From: Diplonema japonicum
Lineage: Eukaryota > Protista > Euglenozoa: Diplonemea
Direction: 5' to 3'
DNA length: 64,000 nt
Assembly (NCBI GenBank): GCA_964019335.1
Contig: OZ025662.1
Span: forward strand, 1-64,000
Below the pieces are notes generated by a model. It made no database searches, was not told where the DNA came from, and worked only from the letters and a program-made list of their open reading frames with translations. The translations under genes and the position numbers were made by a program. Shown here piece after piece: positions 32,489 through 42,909 of the stretch (position 1 is the first letter of the stretch; the number at the start of each line of letters is the position of its first letter).

Positions 32489-35400
32489 TCAGACGTCAAG
32501 GCCAGGGTCTACGTCTGCCTCTGCCTTCTTGCTCACCTGTGAGGTGCTGAGGGACCTCGCGCCCCTCTTCTTCATGGTCTTTGGCGGCGATGTGGAGGTG
32601 GCTGTCATCCCAGACTCGTTCAGAGACGTGTCTGCTTCTGACTCCTTTGTGGTATCCTGTTTGGGGTCACCCTCTTTGAGCTCCTCGTCAGGTTTTTCCA
32701 TCAGCAGTGTGTGCATCTCCTGGCGCTGCTCTTCCATTGTGAACCAGTTCTGGTTCTTCTCGTGGTCTTGCTCGCCCTTGTTGTCCTTCTTCCTAAGCAG
32801 GAACAGCGCAGCAGCAACGCACGAGCAACACAGCAAGATGCCCACAATGATCAAAATGATGATCCATAAGTGGTCCTCATGACTTGATGAAGGCAGCAGG
32901 CACGGCGCAGTCGCGCCATCTTCCCCGCAATTGTTCCCTGCCGCAGTGATGTTGTCTCTGCAGCACTGCACCTCTGAGAGGCTGGCACAAGTCTCGGGCA
33001 CGCCGCATTTCTGCCCGCAACTAGGATGGCAGCAGATGCGGCAGTTTGTAACGTCGTCGCAGATGCCTCCATGTTTGGTGCACTCCGACACACGTACGCA
33101 GGGCGCACTCACCGTCGGTGAGCACTCAACTTTCTGTTCGCGTACCTTCGCAGGGCAGCACTGTTCGTTCCCTGCTTGGCTGCACTGCGCGGTGTCGGCA
33201 CACACTCCGCATGAACCGGCGCAGCATTCTTTGCACTCTTCATCAGCGCACTTGCCCCCATACACATCGCAGTAAGGCGGCGGGACAGCTGTGGTGTTGT
33301 GCGTGTACAGTGTCATGCATACTTCGCACACAAGGTGCAGTCCCGCAGGTGGTGTTCGCTTTCACTATTTCACCCTCGCAACACGGACCCGTGCACGGCA
33401 TAGTCAAGCACTCACCGCACGATGCGGCGCAACAAAATTCGCACGTCGAATTCGGACAGATGCCCCCGTGTTCTTTGCAGAGAGAGTCTGTTGTGCGGTG
33501 GTACGCATATAGTCATAGACATACTCCTGAGACACGGTGCGTCCTGGTCCCCTGTAGGCTTGCAGTACTCCTGCTTCTTGGCAATAGCTGTGTCACAGCA
33601 CTTCTCGTCCATAGGGTTGGCCGTGCATTTGTCGCCGCCACACTCGGAGCACGACCCGTCACAGCACACATTGCATTCACGGTCGTTGCAGATGCCTCCA
33701 ATGGAATCGCAGTTGGCTTTCGGGAGCTCTGTTTGTGGTAATGATGTGATGTGTTGTATATGTACCTCTAATGCAGGGAGCGGAAACTGTTTCCGAGCAC
33801 ATAGCACCTGACTTCACGATAGGGTCAGTGCAGCACAGCCCAGAGGGGTTGGTGTTGCAGGTGAGAGACCCGCACTCACCGCACATCGGATCGCAGCACA
33901 CAGTGCACCTAGAATCTTTGCAAATACCACCATAAGGCTTGCACAAGTCATCTGTTGTTGTAAGTACTTGCGTGCGTAGCATACTTCTAATGCAAGGTGC
34001 ATTGACGCCTGGTCCGCAGTAGACTTTTGTCTTTGCGACTTCTGTGTCACAGCACTTCGCGTCCGGGCTTGTCGAACACGTCGTGCTCCCGCCGCACTCC
34101 CCGCAGGTGCCATCGCAGCATACGTTGCAATCTTCATCTTTGCAGATACCACCGTACGGTGTGCAGGGCGTACCTGTAGTGGTGTGGTGTGGTGTGGTGT
34201 CTTTCATCGTTCTAGCCATACCTCTAATACAAGGCGCCACGGCTCCTGCAGTACCGCAATTCTTATCGCCCTTCTTGATTGTGTCAGGAGTGCACTCTGG
34301 ACCACCTGTCCCGCAAACACCGCAGCTTGCGGGACAGCACACACTGCACGCCTCGTCCTCACATATCCCACCCCACTCCTTGCACTTGTCGTCTGGTGGT
34401 TGGTTTGGGTCTACCTTTTTTTTTGCATACTCTTGATACACGGAGCACCAACGTCAGCTGAGCAGTACTTGGTTTCCTTAGCAATAGCAGTGTCACAGCA
34501 TTCCTTGTCCGCTGGGTCAGCAGTGCACTTGTCACCGCCGCAAGTGCCGCAAGACGCCTTGCAGCACACATTGCACTCTTCGTCTTTGCAGATCCCGTCG
34601 CCGAACGCCGAGCATGGGGATTCTGTGTGTGTTGCCTTGTTTGTGTGTTCATAACATACTGATTGGACAGGGTGAGGAGACGGTAGGCGAGCACTCCGCA
34701 GTGGAAGGGTCGATCGGCGAGCAACACTGAGGGACATGAGTCGTCGAGCAGTCAACCTTCATGCACGAGTTGGGTCTACAGCCGGTGCATGCCATGTTGT
34801 TGCAGTAACCGTCGTAAGGAGCGCACTTGTCGAGGCACCACGACTCGCAGCATACTGTGCAGTTTCCATTGTCGCAAACTCTGCCGTACTGCTCGCACGG
34901 CTTTTCAAGGCTGCATGGTGCGTGCTGCGTCGCACTACACTCATTAGTAACTCCTGTTAGACAGCAGGGGTCTGTTGCAGAATCGCTGCAAGGCTTTGTG
35001 CACTCCGAGCAGTGCGAAGGGCAGCAACCTTCACACCTACCTGCTGTTAGCAAACACTTGCCTGTGAACTCATCACAAGGCGAAGTCTCGTTATCTCTAT
35101 TCATAACATTGATGGTGTGTGTCGGGAGAGATGAATACGCACTGTCGCTGCTGATCACATCACCAAATGTCACTGTGTAAGGGATGTCACCATCGAAGAT
35201 AGTGTCATCCACCCCGCTCACGGACACTGTCTGCGGAACGCTCCAGTCACCTGAAGTGAAGAGGATAGAAGTGGTGTTGAGTGCACCCTCTGTTTTGTCA
35301 CTGACCCCGACATCAAAGGAAACTTGGGCTGTCGGCTGAGTGCGGAGCACCACCGTGAAGATGGCTCCTTCACCGCCCTCGGTTGTGGTGAGCTGCTCTT

Positions 35401-38400
35401 CGGGGTAGATAGCGATGCCCGGTGTGTCGTTATCTATGTTCACACCAAGGATCGTGGCCGTGTAGCCCGAGTAGCTAGGGTCAGTGGTGGTGGGCGCTCC
35501 GATTATAATGTTGTAGTTAACGTCGCCATCTTGCTGATCGTCGTCGACACCCTCGACGGTGAAGGGTTGTGCCACGCCCCAATTGTCAGGCGTGAAGGTG
35601 ATGGCCACAGGCGTCTTCACGGTCGCCTCGCTGGTGTCGTTTGTCGTGATGGACGAGATGGTCACGTCACTTGTTGGCTTCGTACCCAGCTTCAGGTTAA
35701 CTATCTGTGACCTCCCATCTTCAGATGTCACCGCCTCGACTACTGAGAACACATAACCCGGGATGTCGTTGTCCAAGTTTTCTAAAACAACAACAGCCAT
35801 CGTCCCCCCGTATAAGGGGTCGGCCGATGTCACAGCTACGTTCACTTCATAAGGTACTGTGCCGTCGATGAGGTCGTCGTCGGCACCGGTTACTGTGATG
35901 AATTGTGTCACGTTCCAGTTAGCAGCCGTGAACTTCAGCATGTTCGTCCCTGCGATGGATGCCTCTGTGCTGTCGTTCACCGACACAGCAAGGTAGACAT
36001 CTTCAACCGGCTGGGACATGAGACTCACAACGATGTCCAAGCTGGTCATGTTCTCACTTGTGCGTGTCTCGGTGTGGTTCAAAAAGACACCCGGCTTGTC
36101 GTCGTCGCCGTTGATGATCTCCGCAGTGACCATTGAGCCGTTGTATGCGTTGGGGTTCTTGCACGTCTTCACAATAGTAGCGGTGATGTTGAAACTCTGT
36201 TCGCCATCAGCAACGAAGTCATCCACCCCCGTCACCGTGATCACGGCAGGCTGCGTCCAGTTCTCAGAGGAAATGTAGAGCATCGAGGGCTCCGCCACCC
36301 CCTCGCTAGGGTTGGTCGATGCTACAGCCACTTCTACAGTTCCGCCCGGCATCTCCCATTTGCACATCGGTTCAGTGATCATCCTGAACTCTAGTTCAGT
36401 TGTGGTCCCGCTCTCGTTCGTGTAATCAGGGCCTGTCAATGTGTAGATCACACCAACGGTGTCATTGTCCAGTGTCTTCAGCCAGTTCTCGCCTCTATAG
36501 CTTGAGTACAGTGGGTCGGTAGAGTCAGATTCGATGGCAAGTTGAAGGAGGTTGTCGCCGTCGACGAGCATGTCGTCATTGCACGTGACAAGAACAGTCT
36601 GGGTAGCGTTCCATTGGTCGGGTGCGACAACGACAAAACGGGGTTCCACAGAGACCTCTCTCCAGAAGACATCAGGTCTCTGCCTGATGTCCATGCCGCT
36701 GAAAGACAGGTTGACAGGTGCCAAGGGCTCGGACTTGAGGGACAAAGTGAAGGTAGTGACATTCTGGAATTCTTCTGACGTCTCGAACTGCATCGGGAAG
36801 TTCTCGCCATCGACCTCGATCTTGACGCCAGCAGTCTCGTTGTCCACCAACTTCACGGCAGTGTAGGCAACCATGTCGCCTGTGTTGTAATGGTCATCCG
36901 AGCTAGAGTCCTTTCCAACCATCATGTAGTCCTTGTCACCATCGTCGATCCAGTTGTCGATAGCAGTTAGGGTAATGGTCTTAGATATATTCCATTCACT
37001 AGGCTGGAAGATCATCGAGAGAACGTTGACGGCGACTCTTGTAGGGAAAGTGTCATCCACGATACGGGAGTTGTTCTGGTGCTCGATCGTGATCGTGACC
37101 GGGGCTAAAGGCTCCGAGGTAAGGTAGACATCAATGGTTGCTGTGGGCGTGTCATCCACGTTCTCCGTGATTTGCACAGCACCAGGGTCGAACCTCACAC
37201 CGTAGGTGTCATCATCGACGTTCTCTCCTTTCACAAGGAGGGCACTCACCCCAGGATAGTTTGTGTCTCCTGTTGTAGTCGCAGGTCCCACTGTCACAGT
37301 ATAGTTGATGTTCCCATCGTCAAAATAATCCTCCACCCCAAGCACTCCAACTTCCACAATCGAACTCCAGTTCGCAGATGTGAAGACTACCTCAGGGAAC
37401 GGCAGCACGCCCTCTGTGGTGTCGGAGCTCTTCATGGGCACTGTCACCACCCCACCTGCTTCAGGTTCTTTTGAGAGACTCACGCTCACAACGCCCTTCG
37501 ACGACGGAGTTCCTGATTCGTATGTCGTAATACAGATAGGGTACACTCTAAGGCAGTATCCGTCGTCGTCTTGCGTGATGGCCACGATTTTCGTCTCCCA
37601 CAAGGCATTGTACTTGGGATCTGTGGACTCGCCGTTGGACAAGTTGATCTCATACGCTTGGTCGCAGTCTGGCTGGTCGTCATTTTGCGGGAGAAGGGTG
37701 ATGGTCCTTATAACGTCCCACTCATCCCGCTGCCATGAAATTTCATTAGGATCCGGGATACCCTCACTTGGCTCTGCCGATGAAAGCGAGAACTTCACGG
37801 GGCCGGTGGGTCGTGATGTGAGCTGGACAGTGAAGGTGTTCGTGTCCATTCCGGGGTACGGAACAGTGCCATCCTCGCGAACTACAAGACCGCACTCCGG
37901 GGTGATGACCACGTTGGCGATGTCGTCGTTCCTGTTGATGACAGTCACGTCGTCCACCACCATGCCGCTGTAGTCGGTGTCGGTGCTGATAGGCACTGCC
38001 GTCACGATCATGTATGTTTTGTCACCGTCGTCATCGTAGTTGTCGTCTTGCCCGGTGACGATTATTGTCTGGGAAATGTTCCAGTTTGCTGGCGTGAAGG
38101 TCACCGACGTGGGGCTTGCAATACCCTCGTTGGTGTCGTTCGACGAGAGAGGGATGCTGACATCTGCCTTGGGGATCGTGTCCAGTACAATCGTGAACGT
38201 GGCTTCTTTACCTATTTCGTTCGTTTCTAAACCTGTAGTAGGAGTGACTGTGACCCCTACCTTGTCTACGTCGATGTTCACAAGATCAAGAGGGGTGTCT
38301 GGCACCGCCATGCCGTTGTAGGGGTCAGAAGCATCCGCCTGTGCTGGCCCAACGCTGACAGTGTAAGACTTGTTCCCATCCTCGACAAAATCCCTCACAC

Positions 38401-38989
38401 CAGTGATGGTGAAGGTCATTGCTTTGTTCCACTGATCAGGCTCAAAGACTATCTCTGTGACACTTGTGACACCTTCTGCTGTGTTCGAGGACGAGATAGG
38501 GATCGTTACCTTCGACGTAGGGCGCGACTTTAATGTGATGCCGACCAACTGCACGGGGGACCCATTCTCCCCAGTAGTCAGCGGCTTAGGGTACGTCTGT
38601 ACCACAAAGCCAGGCTGAGGGATGGTGCAACGGCACACCCTCCTTAAGTTTGGTCCATTGCCGCCACACGCCACCTGATTGCCATGTCCGTTCGTAACAC
38701 CAATACTTAGATATCCAAGACACTCGCTTGACTCCGTGCTGTATGCAGGCTGTACTTCCTCAAACCATGTCCCGTTCTGTGCCATGTCCCCAGGCGTGCT
38801 TGGACACGCAATCAATTTGTTAAACTCCGCCAAGTTGAATAAATCCCATCCGCTTGCCACTTGGCATTCGCCACCATCCTTAGAGCACACCGCACTACAA
38901 TCCTCTCCCGGTTTTCCTAATCTAAACTCCATCGGCACACCCTGTGCTCCCGCCAGCGTCAGGGCCAACAGGAACAGAAACCGTTGCAT
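32489..38989 (-). CDS. Large type I surface protein (2078 aa, 8 exons): 10 Calx-beta-like repeats, 10 Cys-rich repeats, TM, cytoplasmic tail
   Basis: Signal peptide. Ten repeats with an FTPxNWxxxQTxxVTGxDD core. Seven phase-1 introns (34623-34659, 34393-34430, 34174-34221, 33952-33984, 33729-33765, 33488-33524, 33289-33322) give 6237 coding nt in one frame. TM LWIIILIIVGILLCCSCVAAALFLL. Confidence 0.88.
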
Positions 38990-39267
38990 ATTATTGTTGT
39001 TCGTGCCCCACCTCCTCCTATCAAGCTCAAGTCACAGTGGGGGGAAAAAAAAGGGGGGGGAAGGTAAAGTGCCTTTTTACCCTAACTTTTCATAGTGTAC
39101 AAAACTGACCCCCAGTTTCAAAGAAGGCCAATCCGCAAACCGATAACATTGCACCACATGTTGCTTGGTACCACCGAAGATGTTACGGACGTGAGGTTGC
39201 ACCGCAAAGCCCCGAGAAGCCGCTTTGGCGAGGCGGAAGATTCTCATGTCTTGTGGGGAAGCGTGTG

Positions 39268-39933
39268 TTATATCCTTACCGGTCTTCCCTTCCATACACT
39301 CTCTAGCCGATCCTTTCGTTTGCAGTGCTTCACATGCTGTTGATATTTTTCAGGGTTTTTGAGGTACATGAATTGGTGGGGCTCTTCCGCAGGGTAGAAA
39401 GAAGTTGTCGGTACTAGCCGCGTGTAAATGGTAGTGTGGAGCAGCGTTGCTGCAGTGGAGAGAGAGAGGTTGGCAAGGTTGTGTTGGGTGCGTGTGTGAT
39501 AGAAGATGGTGGGAGTGTAGGATGTGCCTGTGTTGCAGAATTGTCCTGTAGGGTTGGTGGGGTCGGTATTTGCCCAAAAGACTTCTAGTAGTTTTTCATA
39601 TGTCACCACAGACGAGTTGAACACGACACGCACTGTCTCGAAGTGCCCAGTTGTTCCTGCCTCAGTGTACACAGGGTGCTGCGTGGACCCACCCATGTAC
39701 CCTACCATAGTCTCAGCGACACCAGCAACTTCATCAAACACCGGCTGCCCTTCCCAGAACCCACCCATCGTAAATGACGCCACCTCCAGGTCATGTTTCG
39801 CACTCACCCTCAGCCGTCCCCACCGAGCGGGATTTGCGATGGCCTCGAATTTCGCATGAAGGTGCCAGTAGTCAATGTAGAACACCAACAGCAGCACAGG
39901 CACCGCTAGCACAACAACCTTCTCGGGTTGCAT
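39268..39933 (-). CDS. msrA: MsrA-family protein with N-terminal membrane anchor; catalytic GCFW changed to GGFW
   Basis: Motifs VGYMGG, TTGHFETVRV, YEKLLEVFW, DPT..GQF and FYPAEEPHQ. The active-site codon is GGG (Gly), not Cys. Confidence 0.88.
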   Translation of the reverse strand: MQPEKVVVLAVPVLLLVFYIDYWHLHAKFEAIANPARWGRLRVSAKHDLEVASFTMGGFWEGQPVFDEVAGVAETMVGYMGGSTQHPVYTEAGTTGHFETVRVVFNSSVVTYEKLLEVFWANTDPTNPTGQFCNTGTSYTPTIFYHTRTQHNLANLSLSTAATLLHTTIYTRLVPTTSFYPAEEPHQFMYLKNPEKYQQHVKHCKRKDRLESVWKGRPVRI

Positions 39934-40000
39934 GTCCCGCCCTCATCCTTAAGGGCTTCACGTCCTGCAGGACGCGCTTCCAAAAGACAATCAAACAAAG

Positions 40001-40069
40001 CCCTATAGAAAACAGGGCACTGTCTACCCAATAGCACTGTCTACCCTATAGAAACAGGGCACTGTCTAC
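40001..40069. repeat. Short nested tandem duplication (three GCACTGTCTAC copies; two CCCTATAGAAA(A)CAGGGCACTGTCTAC copies)
   Basis: Seen directly. The last copy contains the stop codon of the adjacent EF-hand-like gene. Confidence 0.85.
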
Positions 40070-40992
40070 TTCATACGCATGCGTGCCTTCGTGCATGCGA
40101 CTTGCGGTTGCTTCATCTTCATGAACTTAAAGAGGACGCCCACAAAAGATGCCAGAAGGTCAGTGTCGGTAGCAAGCCAGGTACAGAAACCTGGGAACGA
40201 TATTTCATATATGTCAGGGTTGTCGATGAACAGCTGGCGTAGACGCGTGGCCTGCAGTGTGTTGCTCTCCTTGTGTATGGAAATGGCACCCCTTTTGATG
40301 AAGCCTGTGCCAGTGGTGTCGTACATGGTGAAGGACGCTGACAGAAAATCATTCCGAACGCATGGGTCCTTCAGCTGCAGCGAGAGCTCGTTGATCAGGG
40401 CTGACAGGGGCATCACGCTGTCTTTTCTTTTAGTGAGTATTTTCCATGCCTTGACTCCCACGGTCTTCCTGTCCATGTGACAGAACCTCTCCACGAAGCT
40501 AAGGAAAGCAGCGCTTGTGATCTTGTTTGTCCCCTCCACACATATCTTGTGCAAAAACCTCTTCAAACCTAGCACGTTGGTATTGTTGAGGACTGCTTTG
40601 GTCTCATGATCTGCACTGAACAGTGGGAACCTCGGGTTGCCTTTCAACGGTACGCACACGCCTTTCTTCTCTAAATGGCTCAAGCGGCCCAATGCCATGG
40701 ACGGCGAATCATTCATGCGCCTCACTACAGTCAGCCTGGCGGGCGGTCGACCCTCCGCTTGGGGGTTTGGGTCGCCCGTCTCGTTGACGTTCATTCCCTT
40801 CTCCTTCTCCTTCTCCTGCTTCGCATCAACACCGCGGCACAAATTGAATAGTAGCGGATCGCACTTCATACAAACAACCGTTTTAACAACCTTCTTCTCC
40901 TTTGTCTGTGGGTTCTGGACCACACCTGCGTTTAATAGATAACACTGTCCTTCGTTGTTCCATTCTGCAGAGCTAGGCAGCGTTATGTCCAT
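40066..40992 (-). CDS. EF-hand-like (calcineurin B/NCS-like) domain protein
   Basis: FTMYDTTGTGFIKR is an EF-loop-like motif, followed by ISFPGF. Likely start MDITLP at 40992; the upstream ORF extension is poly-T-derived. Confidence 0.65.
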   Translation of the reverse strand: MDITLPSSAEWNNEGQCYLLNAGVVQNPQTKEKKVVKTVVCMKCDPLLFNLCRGVDAKQEKEKEKGMNVNETGDPNPQAEGRPPARLTVVRRMNDSPSMALGRLSHLEKKGVCVPLKGNPRFPLFSADHETKAVLNNTNVLGLKRFLHKICVEGTNKITSAAFLSFVERFCHMDRKTVGVKAWKILTKRKDSVMPLSALINELSLQLKDPCVRNDFLSASFTMYDTTGTGFIKRGAISIHKESNTLQATRLRQLFIDNPDIYEISFPGFCTWLATDTDLLASFVGVLFKFMKMKQPQVACTKARMRMK

Positions 40993-41789
40993 GTGAGCAG
41001 CATGCCTGGGGTGTGGTTGGAAGAAGAAAACCTGAGAAAAAGAAGGACAGTGCTTGTAAGAAAGTGAGACATTTGAAAGCGAAAATTTGAAAAAAAAATA
41101 ATTGAGGATGGAAAAAAAAAGGGGGGGGGGTCGATAAAATTTCAGTGTGCAGAGCAGCATACTCACTGTTAAAGAAATTCACTATAAAAAAAAAAAATGT
41201 AAGATATGGGTTTTTGCGCTCACCGGCGGTGACTGCGGGCAGTCTCGTTGGGGTCGTCGACAGGAATCTCTCTCGCAAGGCCTCAATGCAGAGATGGTTC
41301 GTGTGTGTCGGGCCTCCATGCAGCGGAGTTGACGCGAAGGAGGGTGAGCTCTAGTGTCACTGTCGTGTCTCCCGATGTGCTTCCCACGGCAGGTCCTTCT
41401 GGTTGAGCTGTACTCATCCAACGCCCCTCGCATTCACCACCGCATCCCTCAGGGTCATCACCTCCAACATCAGAAGGGCTGCCATGTTTAAAAGAAAAAA
41501 AGGAAAAAAAATAAACGTGAATACCCGAAGCACTGACCTCAAACAACGAAGACTGGGGGAAACCAGCAGTAAGGGGGAAGGTCGTGCATACATTTTTTTT
41601 TTAAAGGGCAAACAATAAATCTCACCCACTGGCAGGTGCCACGTACTGCATTGTCAATGTGCCACTGCGGTGATACCCATCACCATGAAAGGCAACAAGC
41701 AGACAGGGGAGCTCAGGTGCTTTTAGTTTCTTTTTTTTTTTTTTTTTGTTCTCTTTCCTAGTTCGTTTTGGCAATTGGTGCACGTAGTG

Positions 41790-41820
<31 letters not shown>

Positions 41821-42348
41821 CCTTCTTTCTTTTCTTTCTTTTTTGATTTACTTTTTCATCTTTTTTTGACTTTTTTTTTCTTTTTTTTTTTACAGTTTGT
41901 ATGTTGCCCTTTTTGTGTGATCGAAGCACTTTTCGTGCGCAAAAATCTCTAAAAAACGAATCAACTTTCCCCCACTTCTCGGCGATGACGGTGCTCGAGC
42001 AAAGGTTGTATTCCCTGAATATCGACTCAAAGAGACTTCGGTCAACAACTCTACCTCACATGACGTGCTTCTGCGAGCATAAGGGTTTGGAGAATAGGCC
42101 CGATTTTGCTTCGATCAATTTTAGAGATATAGTTGTTTTTTTTATTCTTTTTTTTATAAAAAAAAAGGTTTATTTAAGAAAAAAGAGTGTCATTTCTGAT
42201 CTTCCTGCTGGTCCCTGTTCCCTGTTCCCGTTGACGCTCTCTTAACTGGATCAAAGGTCATGAAGGTCGTGATTTCAATAAAGAAAAGAAACGTGCGTGG
42301 GCAGGCTGGCAGGGGCCTTAATCTGCAATACGTCTTCTCGTATCTGAT

Positions 42349-42381
<33 letters not shown>

Positions 42382-42491
42382 CCTTTTCCCGTTTCAACAC
42401 GACACTTTTTCACGAAAAAAAACAATGCTCGCGGGTAAAAGCTTTTCAAAAAGTCTTTCTTAAAAATGTTTCCATTATTATTTTTTACTTT

Positions 42492-42687
42492 GTAACGCCC
42501 ATATCTCTAAAACCCTTCTGACCCCCTTCGTTATTTTCAAAACCTACCATCGAAATCCACTCCAGGCACCTTGCCACGAGTGTAAGGTCTTGCGACCACA
42601 GAATTCCCCGTAATCTTACAAACCCCTCGGAAGGGTTGGCTCTGCATGATTGAACGCTGGACGGGTTTTAGAGATACGGGGCATTAC
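42492..42687. mobile_element. Putative MITE (about 200 bp) with imperfect ~24-bp terminal inverted repeats
   Basis: GTAACGCCCATATCTCTAAAACCC (42492-42515) versus the reverse complement of 42663-42687, GTAATGCCCCGTATCTCTAAAACCC. A related ATCTCTAAAA motif also occurs near 41945 and, inverted, near 42120. Confidence 0.55.
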
Positions 42688-42909
42688 TATGCAACCGACC
42701 AAGCCAGACTGCTCAAGCCAGACTGTTGAAGCCCCCGACGCAGTACGTCAGTTGAGCCATCGCAACACGCCAGCTGGCTGTCGGCTGCGGTACGTCGTGA
42801 CGATATGAGCGGGCGGCACCGGAGTGGCACACATCTACTCTGGAAGCCAAGGTACTAGATCTGATAATTATCGATATTGATTGTAACTTAGTTGCTTATG
42901 CTAAGGTGG

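Noticed and set aside
32489-34755. Programmed frameshifting, RNA editing or non-canonical introns to explain the broken ORFs
   Set aside because: Every break is resolved by a canonical GT-AG micro-intron.
39740-39775. Selenocysteine MsrA
   Set aside because: The codon at the catalytic position is GGG, not TGA.
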